This document shows, one piece after another, positions 29,406 to 37,590 of a DNA stretch of 64,000 nt; the stretch's first letter is position 1; each line of letters opens with the position of its first letter. This stretch comes from a virus: the IMG/VR virus record IMGVR_UViG_3300033141_003168, positions 46,332 through 110,331 of that record, one strand, 5' to 3'. The translations under genes were made by a program, and so were the position numbers. The notes below the pieces were generated by a model. The model had not been told where the DNA came from, searched no databases, and was given only the letters and a program-made list of their open reading frames with translations.

Positions 29406-30458
29406 ATGGCGAAAAAAACTAAGAAAATTACAGGTGGCGCAAAGACACCCAAAGTCAAGAAGAAAAAGGGGCGTCCCGTCATTAAAGGTAATAATAGCCC
29501 CAATGGAAAGAAACGTCCCACCCTCGGCGATTTTCGGGATCGGAATTTGAAGGGTGGCAAAACAAAAATCAAGAAGATTAAGAAAAAAAAATCACGCTCG
29601 TCTTGTGACGCCGTTTCACAAGCGAGTGCTATAGGAGAAAAGGAATCGCGGAAAGAAATTTCTCAGTATCTATCTCCACAAGATACTACAGTAGAGATAG
29701 AGAATAATATAAGCGTAGAGGAAGCACAGGGAGAAGGAGGAAAGAAGTCACAATTAGGTACACGTAAGTCCTTAGAGGATGATACTATAAACAAGGAACG
29801 TATGAAAACAGGTACACGTGGTTCTTTAGATGATGATACCAAATTTCTCACACGTGAATCCGAAACAGTTCCACTTGACGAAGGTATGGAACGTATATCC
29901 GAAATTTCTTCTCTCCCGTCAACGTCTCCCCCAAGCCCCCCTCCTACTACCTCCTCCCTGCGCCTCCCGGTACAGACGTTTGGTAAGGGGAGATTCAAAA
30001 TAACAAATGATGAATTACGCTCCTGCCTGGATCAGGGAATGAAAATCGTAGAGATTGCTACAGCTTATAATATGAATCGCCGCTCTCTCACAAAACGTAT
30101 CAGGAAATTAGAACAGGACAGCTTAGACCAGGTTCTACAGTCTGTCACAGCCGCAGGTGCGCCGGTATTGAATGTAGCAGAACAAATTTCTTTTCTTAAC
30201 CGCGCCACGATAGATATTCTCAGGGATTCTAATACAGGAGCTAACACAAAACTTTCAGCAATAAAACGCGCAGAACAGCAGAATGAATTACAGGTCAGGA
30301 TGCAGCAGATACTTCTCAACGTACAGGAGACACAGGAATTTCAGCGTGTAATTGTAGAAACCATAAGAGAACTTGATGTGACTTATCCCGGTCTTCGGGA
30401 AGTTTTCGTGAAGAGACTCCGCGTGCTGAAAGAATTAAAGGGTGTCGTAAAAAAATAA
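29406..30458 (+). CDS. basic low-complexity protein with an HTH-like C-terminal half (terminase-small-subunit-like, tentative)
   Basis: Lys-rich N-terminus, Ser/Pro linker, GMKIVEIATAYNMNRRSLTKRIR HTH-like segment, helical C-terminus. Confidence 0.45.
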   Translation: MAKKTKKITGGAKTPKVKKKKGRPVIKGNNSPNGKKRPTLGDFRDRNLKGGKTKIKKIKKKKSRSSCDAVSQASAIGEKESRKEISQYLSPQDTTVEIENNISVEEAQGEGGKKSQLGTRKSLEDDTINKERMKTGTRGSLDDDTKFLTRESETVPLDEGMERISEISSLPSTSPPSPPPTTSSLRLPVQTFGKGRFKITNDELRSCLDQGMKIVEIATAYNMNRRSLTKRIRKLEQDSLDQVLQSVTAAGAPVLNVAEQISFLNRATIDILRDSNTGANTKLSAIKRAEQQNELQVRMQQILLNVQETQEFQRVIVETIRELDVTYPGLREVFVKRLRVLKELKGVVKK

Positions 30459-30563
30459 ATCAGCTTAATTTCTTTTTCCAAAAAACAATTTCCTCGCGTT
30501 TATTTTGTACAAATATTAGCTTATTCAAAGGGTGTCATAAGCTTTTTATAAAGGGTGTCATAA
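30437..30563 (+). repeat. three 14-bp direct repeats AAAGGGTGTCRTAA
   Basis: At 30437-30450, 30527-30540 and 30550-30563. Confidence 0.85.
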
Positions 30564-30747
30564 AGTCTTAAAAATGTTTTCTATCCGTCCACCACTCGCC
30601 ACAGCAGGAAAGTTTTTCATTTTAACTTCTTCTTCCCCAGTGACACACCGTGTTTAACTATTCGTGGTGGACGGCTTTTTTTATTTTGCATTTTCCACAC
30701 CCCCCTTTATTTCCTCGTTTTCCTCTCAGCGGATTTTACTCCGCCAT

Positions 30748-30786
30748 ACCGCTCTTTGCATAATCGCAGGGAGCGGTTTTTTCTTC
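30748..30786 (+). terminator. intrinsic terminator
   Basis: ACCGCTCTTTGC-ataatc-GCAGGGAGCGGT (12-bp stem, 2 G-U pairs) followed by TTTTTCTT. Confidence 0.7.
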
Positions 30787-30825
30787 GTTCTTATATTACA
30801 TCCCCCTATGAAAAACATCTAATTT

Positions 30826-30850
30826 AATTACCCCGGTTCCCGTAGTAATT
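30826..30850. repeat. 25-bp dispersed palindrome, copy 7
   Basis: AATTACCCCGG-TTC-CCGTAGTAATT. Confidence 0.92.
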
Positions 30851-31076
30851 AAATATTTTCCCACTACATAAACTCCGCTTGAAATTCTCCATACTGGCAA
30901 ATTCCCATTATTTTTGAAAATCGGCTTTTATTTTATACCCTTGAGCGCCTCTTCACGCGATTTTTAGACATTGCCGCTTGTCTTACTACATCCTGATAAA
31001 AGGATCGCTTAGAGCGCAACATACATATACTATAACGTATTTATGCGCAGCGGCGATGTTTATTGTTTTGTGAATA

Positions 31077-31101
31077 AATTACAACGGAAACCGTAGTAGT
31101 T
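31077..31101. repeat. 25-bp dispersed palindrome, copy 8
   Basis: AATTACAACGG-AAA-CCGTAGTAGTT. Confidence 0.95.
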
Positions 31102-31765
31102 TAATTACAGTAAATCCCTCCTGGTATCAATGAAATATTTCCCACAGTATTTGTACACAGCAGCGGGAGAGATCACGTAAGGGAAAGTCTTTTCTTCCTG
31201 CCGCACAGAAGATTTCCCGCTCCGGGGAAAACGCATAAGAAATAATTCGCGTAAGAAAAACTTTCCAGCGGAATATTCCCCACACCGGACACGTGTATAA
31301 TGTAAGAGAAAAATGCTCTTAGAGAAAAAATTGTTCAGAGAAAAAACTCTCAGGAGAAATCTTTCCACCGTGCGCGGGACACAGCAGGGAGAAAAAACTA
31401 ATCTGGTTTTTCGTTGTAATAAAAAAAGACTTTTCCTTAGCGGGATACCGGAGATAGATCGCGGAAAGAAATTCTCTCAGAGATCAACATACAAAAGATA
31501 CTACAGCGGCGGTATAGTGGTAAGATTATTTTCCGCCGCCACTGTGTGTGTGGCGCGGTGCGCAGGGGAAAATCGCGCGAAATTACTGTGAAAGTTGGTG
31601 TGAAAATGTCTGAAATAAAATGCAGTTACGGAGATAAAAAAAGAGCGTGGGGTGTGGGGGATAGCTAAATGGGCGTCCGAAATGAAGACCGTTTACAATT
31701 TGGGTAAGAAAAATATATATGTAAAAATGGAGTAAAAAATTTTTTGAAAAAATTAACCTGAAAAC

Positions 31766-32725
31766 TTATGGAGTGGGAATGACGTTAGCAAATACCCTGC
31801 CTCTTCGTATCTCGCTTACCAGCCAGTATTTCAAATTGTATTGTTCTGAGAGTTCTTTTACGATTCCTTCGTGCCAATCGTTTTTGAGTTTATATTTTAT
31901 CTTGGCGATTGTTTTTAAACTGGTATTGTGTTTTTCCGCGAGGCGTTTTAATTTTGCTACTTTCTTTTCAAAAATGCCTTTTTTAATTTTCTTTCTGCGG
32001 CGGCTGGAATTAAGTTTAGGAAAATTCAACGGCGCACCGTCTCTATCTGCACATTCGTCGCGCACCAGTGCTGCGAGTTTTGCCGTGTGATACGATCCCA
32101 AATTTTTACCCTTATAAATCGCGATCCATGATGTTCCTTCTCCTGATATACCGACATATTTGTTTTTTGCTTTTTTGCGTTTTCTTACAGTTCGTTTATC
32201 GAGAACAAGTTTTTTGCGAAATTGTTTTTTCTGTTCCGCTGTAAATTCCGGAAAATTTAAACAGGCAAACTCGCCATGAAGTTTTCGTGCGGCTTCATCG
32301 TAAGCGAAAGCGGCATAATCTGGTTTTGAATAAGAACCAAGATTTTTATTTTTCCCATCGACCGCGATGACTGTATGAAAATTTCCGCTACTCATTCTGT
32401 GTATTCCTTTGAAATGTCCTTTTCTCCTCGCGGGTTGATTCCATGCGTTTTGTTGTTTTGTGCAGAGGCGTAAATTTGATCTGCGGTTATCAAACTTATT
32501 TCTATTTTTATGATCGGGTATTAAATCGTCAGGCAGTTCGTCTATGTTATTCATTCTAAATAAAATAATCTGATGTAAGTAGGTATCTTTTCGTTTTCCG
32601 TTTTCCTTACGGTTTCCATGTCTGTAGGCGTAACCCTTGTTACCAACACGCCAGGTGTATTCGGCAAGGTCGGCGTCTATCTTACTAATAAGGATCGTTT
32701 CACCTTTTGCTGTTTTCAATTTCAT
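31766..32725 (-). CDS. HNH endonuclease with tandem AP2-like DNA-binding domains
   Basis: YLHQII, DHKNRNKFDNRRSNLR..QNAWN; AP2-like NLGSY...AAFAYDEAARKLHGEFACLNF and a second LGSY..AALVRD..LNF. Confidence 0.9.
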   Translation of the reverse strand: MKLKTAKGETILISKIDADLAEYTWRVGNKGYAYRHGNRKENGKRKDTYLHQIILFRMNNIDELPDDLIPDHKNRNKFDNRRSNLRLCTKQQNAWNQPARRKGHFKGIHRMSSGNFHTVIAVDGKNKNLGSYSKPDYAAFAYDEAARKLHGEFACLNFPEFTAEQKKQFRKKLVLDKRTVRKRKKAKNKYVGISGEGTSWIAIYKGKNLGSYHTAKLAALVRDECADRDGAPLNFPKLNSSRRRKKIKKGIFEKKVAKLKRLAEKHNTSLKTIAKIKYKLKNDWHEGIVKELSEQYNLKYWLVSEIRRGRVFANVIPTP

Positions 32726-32801
32726 TTTATTTATTCCCTTTCTGTCAACATATTATAATTTATAATATTTGAATTGTAAAATTTTTTTCTTTTGCGTTTT
32801 T

Positions 32802-32826
32802 TATTACTACGGAAACCGGAGTAATT
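32802..32826. repeat. 25-bp dispersed palindrome, copy 9
   Basis: TATTACTACGG-AAA-CCGGAGTAATT. Confidence 0.92.
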
Positions 32827-33019
32827 TCCGATCTTAAACCATCGTGTCTTGCTGAAAATCTTTGTACGGGATATGTTTAAAAAACCGTAGGCCATTCCAG
32901 TACCGGCACATTTTAAGCAGTTCTTCTTGTGTCCAATTCGGAGAAACATATTCTCTTTATTATCGTTTACTTCAATTTCTATTTCGGCCATTATTATCTG
33001 CTTCATCTAACTGCTTCTT

Positions 33020-33235
33020 TCAAATCAGATTTTTATATCGTCCTGCAACGTCTATTGCTACACGATCCGGCTTCGCAATACGCGAACATACAGCGCATGT
33101 ACTTAAATCGTCGCTGAGAAGAGTACAGAGTACGTCCAGCGGATAATGTTGCTGTAGAAAGCGTACCTTGCGAACCGGTGGCGGTAAGAGTCGAATCGTT
33201 TTCTTCTTACCGGGTTTGAATTCGAACAATTTCAC
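33020..33235 (-). CDS. small protein resembling the N-terminal part of gp32-type ssDNA-binding proteins
   Basis: FKPGKKKTIRLLPP...HY....C.......CAVC. Confidence 0.35.
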   Translation of the reverse strand: MKLFEFKPGKKKTIRLLPPPVRKVRFLQQHYPLDVLCTLLSDDLSTCAVCSRIAKPDRVAIDVAGRYKNLI

Positions 33236-33250
33236 TTTGATTTTTTCCTT

Positions 33251-33835
33251 TCAAAATAGTTTTTTAATGCTGTCAGCAACTATTACTATTGCTTCCGCAA
33301 TATGTTCGGATTTAATAATATCTGAATCGTAAGAACTAAGTGCGAGAACAGTTCTTGCAACAACTTTGATATTTTCTACGTGTTGCGGATACAGAGAATA
33401 ATGTTTTACAGCTTGTTCGAGAAGTTCAAGTGCGGCAGGATCAATCTTACGCGGAACATCGGGCAATCGTGCTTTTCCTTCTTTGATGCGTTTCTTGATA
33501 ACTGCAATTGGTTCGGCGAAATTTGTGACTATCTTACTTGCTTCGACCCGCGTCGCCTCGCAGATTATCGGGTAACGATCTAATTTCTTTTTAATCTTAC
33601 TGTGTACGTGCATTACTTGAAACGTCGTACATTTACATTCCCTTGTGTAGTCTCCATAATAACCGCAATAACAGGGTGCGGTTAAGTAGGTTTGTTTCTT
33701 CGTAAGAAATTCCTTTGTATAATTCCTGAGCGTCGGATGAAGTTCGAAAGCGGCGAAGATTAAAATGTTATGATCTCCAGTTGCTGCTATTTCAATACAC
33801 CTCTTTACACTTTCGTTTCCTGGCATTTGTGACAT
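33251..33835 (-). CDS. internally deleted ComM/YifB (Mg-chelatase-like) protein lacking Walker motifs
   Basis: GNESVKRCIEIAATGDHNIL, PCYCGYYGD..RECKCT, LDR, IKVARTVLAL..SD.I..EHIAEAI. Start at MSQMP after an AAGGAG RBS. Confidence 0.75.
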   Translation of the reverse strand: MSQMPGNESVKRCIEIAATGDHNILIFAAFELHPTLRNYTKEFLTKKQTYLTAPCYCGYYGDYTRECKCTTFQVMHVHSKIKKKLDRYPIICEATRVEASKIVTNFAEPIAVIKKRIKEGKARLPDVPRKIDPAALELLEQAVKHYSLYPQHVENIKVVARTVLALSSYDSDIIKSEHIAEAIVIVADSIKKLF

Positions 33836-33864
33836 TGCGTTTTCTCCTTTATTTATTTTCAATA

Positions 33865-33889
33865 AACTAATCCGGTTTCCGTAGTAATA
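33865..33889. repeat. 25-bp dispersed palindrome, copy 10
   Basis: AACTAATCCGG-TTT-CCGTAGTAATA, intergenic in the - strand operon. Confidence 0.92.
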
Positions 33890-33893
33890 AAAA

Positions 33894-34157
33894 TTATTTC
33901 CCGAATACTTTTTGTCTGTATTCAACGAGTTCAACCGGATCGGAAATGTGTGTTACAAATCCCGTTGGTAAATCATTCGACCTTTCACGTAAATCTCCGC
34001 GCCTGCGTAAGACCATTTCCTCACCGTTGTCAGTTATCGTCAGCGTAAACGAACCGTCTTTGTTATGTTTGACGAGTTTGCCTATGACTCGGCGTCCGGT
34101 GAAAAAATCTACCTCGACTTCGAACTTGTCTCCGATTGTGTAACTGTAATCATTCAT
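33894..34157 (-). CDS. hypothetical protein
   Basis: AAGGGAG RBS, 87 aa. Confidence 0.6.
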   Translation of the reverse strand: MNDYSYTIGDKFEVEVDFFTGRRVIGKLVKHNKDGSFTLTITDNGEEMVLRRRGDLRERSNDLPTGFVTHISDPVELVEYRQKVFGK

Positions 34158-34180
34158 GTGTGTGCTCCCTTTTTGTTTTA

Positions 34181-34408
34181 TTAAACTTCCGTTTCGATTC
34201 CCGTTGCGATGTGTACTGCGGATCGAATATAATCTGAAAGCGAATTAAATCCGAGTTCCTTTGCCTTTCTCTGCGCGAGACGCTTGTTATACTCTTCGTC
34301 CTTATAGAAGATCATAACCGGCTTTTCAAAAATAGATTTGCGACCGGCACCGGCTCGAAAACCGCCCATCGTTTTCTTCTGTTTAATCTTCGGCTGCTTT
34401 TGATTCAT
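34181..34408 (-). CDS. small DNA-binding protein (RHH-like)
   Basis: GGFRAGAGRK plus AKELGFNSLSDYIRSA. Confidence 0.6.
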   Translation of the reverse strand: MNQKQPKIKQKKTMGGFRAGAGRKSIFEKPVMIFYKDEEYNKRLAQRKAKELGFNSLSDYIRSAVHIATGIETEV

Positions 34409-35088
34409 GAATTCCTCCTTTCATCTTTATATAAATGTCTTTGAAATCTTTGTGTCTTGCTAATTGATTTTGTTCTGATCGGCCTTTCACCTGCAATGTC
34501 TCTAATGTATTGACTAACGAGCCATGCGAGCCACTCCTTACGCTCTGTACCGATACCATGTGCGGCTACATTAGAATTAAAAGGTTCTAATGCGCGTTTA
34601 ATTTGTTCGGTGTATTTGCGATTTGCGGGATCATGTTTATATTGTTTTCCTGTCATTTTATCATTATCGGAAAAGTTAATTAAACAAATGTTCGAGGGTT
34701 CATGTCTGATTGTGTCGGTTATCGTTTCATAGGTTGCGCAAGTAATATAAACATCGTTTGCAATGTACGGCCATGTTCGGAGTGAAATTTTGTCGCTGTA
34801 ACAATATGCTTCGATTTCGGGATTAAATTGACAGTTTAACTCCAAGGCTGCTATGCTGATTGCTTCTTCTACCGTTGTCGCGTTTTTTAATTCAACGTGT
34901 CGGCCTGTAGTAATTCCTTTTTTATTAGTGTGTTCGATTTCAAGAAAATAATAAGGATTATCACTTCCGTGATAAAAAGTAATTATGATATAATCACCAT
35001 TCGCCATGTGTCCGCGAAGGGTATGTGATATTCCCTGACGTTGTAACTGAACTTCTTCACGTTCTCTGTTTTGTTTTGTGCTGTTCAT
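34405..35088 (-). CDS. hypothetical early protein
   Basis: 227-aa ORF with GGAGAG RBS. Confidence 0.65.
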   Translation of the reverse strand: MNSTKQNREREEVQLQRQGISHTLRGHMANGDYIIITFYHGSDNPYYFLEIEHTNKKGITTGRHVELKNATTVEEAISIAALELNCQFNPEIEAYCYSDKISLRTWPYIANDVYITCATYETITDTIRHEPSNICLINFSDNDKMTGKQYKHDPANRKYTEQIKRALEPFNSNVAAHGIGTERKEWLAWLVSQYIRDIAGERPIRTKSISKTQRFQRHLYKDERRNS

Positions 35089-35112
35089 GTTTTTATTCTC
35101 TCCCTTTGTAGT

Positions 35113-35349
35113 TTATATTCCTGCAATAAGCTTTTCTTTCTTAGTGGTTTCGCCGGTAATAAAATCCTTTTCATATTCAATCGCTTTGTTTTCTTCAACA
35201 CTTGCGGGAGAAAATAAATAATAGTGAGAATCGGAAGGGAAAGGTTTATCAACGATAGAATAACCATAATAACCGCTTACAATGTATTTACTCTTTTTGT
35301 TTTCCTTTACGAGTTTTACTACTTTTCTGACAGCTTGATAGATATTCAT
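35113..35349 (-). CDS. hypothetical early protein
   Basis: AGGAG RBS, coupled to the upstream gene. Confidence 0.6.
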   Translation of the reverse strand: MNIYQAVRKVVKLVKENKKSKYIVSGYYGYSIVDKPFPSDSHYYLFSPASVEENKAIEYEKDFITGETTKKEKLIAGI

Positions 35350-35798
35350 TTTTTTATTCTCCTTTTTTTCTTAAACGAAAATCCATTCGTGTTGATATTT
35401 TTTCTGAATGACTTTCCGTCTGAAGTTTTGATCGTACACCAATTATCTTTCTGCATAACACAGCAATTTTCTTCTACGATTTTTGTTGCTTTCGGGCGGC
35501 GGCGTGAACCGCCCCATTCAAGATATTTCACGGTACAAATACCGTGATCTATAATTTCGGAGTCAGGAGACTTCCATGTTTTCAATTCGGATAAAATTTC
35601 CAGCGCATCTTCTATATCGTAATAGTCTGTTGTGTTATACCAACTGGAAGTGTGATGCCACTCACACGGTTTCAGTAGTTCCTTTATCGCTGCTGTTTTT
35701 ACTTTCAGTTTCCGTGCCAATGTTGATGCGGGAAAACGTCCTTCATTTTCTGCTGCTACTGCATTGTTTGATTTTGAGAAATCTACGTAACCTGCCAT
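35346..35798 (-). CDS. hypothetical early protein
   Basis: MAGY...SNNAVAAE.EGRFPAS...EWHHTS.WYN.TDYY; AAGGAG RBS. Confidence 0.7.
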   Translation of the reverse strand: MAGYVDFSKSNNAVAAENEGRFPASTLARKLKVKTAAIKELLKPCEWHHTSSWYNTTDYYDIEDALEILSELKTWKSPDSEIIDHGICTVKYLEWGGSRRRPKATKIVEENCCVMQKDNWCTIKTSDGKSFRKNINTNGFSFKKKRRIKK

Positions 35799-36024
35799 TT
35801 TTTTGTTTCTCCTTTTTTTATTTTATGCTTCTACAAAAGGCTCAGTTTGATTTTTTTCTTTGCGTGTCTGATTCAATTGTTTCTGAAGGCGTTCTATCCG
35901 GTTTCGGAGTTGCTTTTCACGATTCATCAAGTTAGTGTATTTCGGGTTTGCGTTGTAGGTTTTTCCTGTTTCCATTTTCATGTGTTCCTTTCTCCTTTTT
36001 GATTTTTTTAACCGCTGATAATTT

Positions 36025-36585
36025 TCAGGCAACTTCATTTTTAACATATTCGTCATAGGCTTTTTTCAGGCTTTTAAATCTTTTTTTCGAAACCCTGCAA
36101 GCCCTCCGGCGTTTTGTGTCAACCTTCGCCCGTTGTTTTTTCTGTGCTTTTTCCGGGTAGGGAAGCCTTTCTTCTACTAATTTTCTCACGGCATTTCTTT
36201 TGGCCCTTGCGGTTTCGAGATTGAAAAAAGATTTTGTCACAACTTCTTTTTTTGCGGCTTTCTCGGTTTCCAGTTTTTCAACTAAGCCTTCAGCCTCAGT
36301 GTACTCATAATTCTCTTTCGTTTTTTCGGCTTCGTTCGGCTCTTCTTCTTTTTCATAAACATAGTCGGGATCGTTTTTCATATCTAAAAGATCGGCTATC
36401 AGATTCGACGCTTGATTTTTCGTTAGTTTCCACACCTCACACTGGCGATTCGCGTACCAGCTATGGACATCGTGGCAGAGATTGAATAACTCTTGTTCCC
36501 AATTTTCGCCGTAAACTTCCTTCGCCAGGCTGGTTGCATATTTCACTTGTTTGTCGGTGGCCATATTTTCTGGATCGTATCTCAT
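36025..36585 (-). CDS. first gene of the early-type operon, hypothetical
   Basis: ATDKQVKYA..L and LTK.QAS.LI motifs; AAGGGAG RBS downstream of the promoter. Confidence 0.7.
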   Translation of the reverse strand: MRYDPENMATDKQVKYATSLAKEVYGENWEQELFNLCHDVHSWYANRQCEVWKLTKNQASNLIADLLDMKNDPDYVYEKEEEPNEAEKTKENYEYTEAEGLVEKLETEKAAKKEVVTKSFFNLETARAKRNAVRKLVEERLPYPEKAQKKQRAKVDTKRRRACRVSKKRFKSLKKAYDEYVKNEVA

Positions 36586-36615
36586 TTTTTTCTCCCTTTT
36601 TTATCTTACACTCAT

Positions 36616-36644
36616 ATTATAATGCCTCAACTTGAATTTGTAAA
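36616..36644 (-). promoter_or_regulatory. strong sigma70-type promoter driving the - strand operon
   Basis: On the - strand TTTACA-17 bp-TATAAT, with an A/T-rich upstream region. Confidence 0.8.
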
Positions 36645-36824
36645 GCGTTTTCAAAAGAAAGTTGGTTTCAAAAAGGCTTGGAAAACCCTACGTTTTTTAG
36701 ATTTTGAGAAAAAAATTAAAAATAATTTGTTTAATTTTGCTGTAATTTTGCAACGGAACTGTCATTTTTTGGAAAAATTCTATTCATATCGGGTGGAGGC
36801 GTGAAGCGCGGGCGAAATGGCTTC

Positions 36825-36853
36825 TTGACATAAATGCTAAAATACGCTACTCT
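36825..36853 (+). promoter_or_regulatory. sigma70-type promoter (rightward P1)
   Basis: TTGACA-17 bp-TACTCT. Confidence 0.65.
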
Positions 36854-36900
36854 GAAGGTGTGTGTGTTTGTGTTTAATTAAAAAACCGCTCCTGCCGTTT

Positions 36901-36934
36901 CCGGGCTACTAACTGGTAGCCCGGTTTTCATTTT
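36901..36934 (+). terminator. intrinsic terminator
   Basis: CCGGGCTAC-taactg-GTAGCCCGG (perfect 9-bp stem) followed by TTTTCATTTT. Confidence 0.75.
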
Positions 36935-36955
36935 AAAACAATTTTTTTCAGTCTC

Positions 36956-36984
36956 TTGACATGATGGTATCATGGTGGTATCGT
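36956..36984 (+). promoter_or_regulatory. sigma70-type promoter (rightward P2) upstream of the morphogenesis operon
   Basis: TTGACA-17 bp-TATCGT with a TG extended -10. Confidence 0.6.
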
Positions 36985-37020
36985 CAATTAAGATAAGAAT
37001 TAAACTGAAAGGTATTAAGA

Positions 37021-37335
37021 ATGGCAAATACGCAACGCAATTTGGGCGCAATAAAAATAACCGCGAAATTTTTAACGGGTATATTAAAAGCGACTGATTG
37101 TTTGCCACACGATGCGCAGGCCGTCGAACTCGTTGAACTGAGTGCTGACGAAATCGCCCTAATTGTACATCATAAAACATTACCCCATTTACCAGAAGGA
37201 GTTAACATTCCTGAAATCGAATTGCGTCCCGGCGAAGGTAAGTTAAAGATAAAAGAAAACCTTCAGGCCGACGAAAATAGTAATGTGAGGACAACTATAA
37301 CTAAAGGCAAAAAATATCCTTGGGAAGCAAATTAA
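37021..37335 (+). CDS. hypothetical protein
   Basis: 104 aa, first ORF of the + strand operon. Confidence 0.6.
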   Translation: MANTQRNLGAIKITAKFLTGILKATDCLPHDAQAVELVELSADEIALIVHHKTLPHLPEGVNIPEIELRPGEGKLKIKENLQADENSNVRTTITKGKKYPWEAN

Positions 37336-37340
37336 AATTT

Positions 37341-37365
37341 AATTACTACGGGAACCGTTGTAGTT
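37341..37365. repeat. 25-bp dispersed palindrome, copy 11
   Basis: AATTACTACGG-GAA-CCGTTGTAGTT. Confidence 0.93.
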
Positions 37366-37377
37366 TATTGAGTCAAA

Positions 37378-37590
37378 ATGAGTAAGAGTAAATATCGCAG
37401 ATTGAACATACAACTTGAACCGGAACTTATCAGTAAGCTTGATGAGGTTGCAAGTGAAATCGGACTTGAGAGGGCGGCACTGATTCGAGTCGTGTTGTGG
37501 TTATTTATAAAAGTAATAACGACGTTTCCGAATTCAAAAGTGAAAAGGGTTTTGCATGACTCTATCGAAAACACAACAAGCAAAAGATAA
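37378..37590 (+). CDS. ribbon-helix-helix (CopG-like) DNA-binding protein
   Basis: RLNIQLEPELISKLDEVASEIGLERAALIR. Confidence 0.75.
   Translation: MSKSKYRRLNIQLEPELISKLDEVASEIGLERAALIRVVLWLFIKVITTFPNSKVKRVLHDSIENTTSKR

Noticed and set aside
31105-31591. Track ORFs 31105-31368 (-) and 31313-31591 (+)
   Set aside because: No RBS or recognisable motifs, biased composition, mutually overlapping; treated as non-coding.
33836-33934. N-terminal extension of track ORF 33251-33934
   Set aside because: It runs through palindrome copy 10 and overlaps the upstream gene; the RBS supports a start at 33835.
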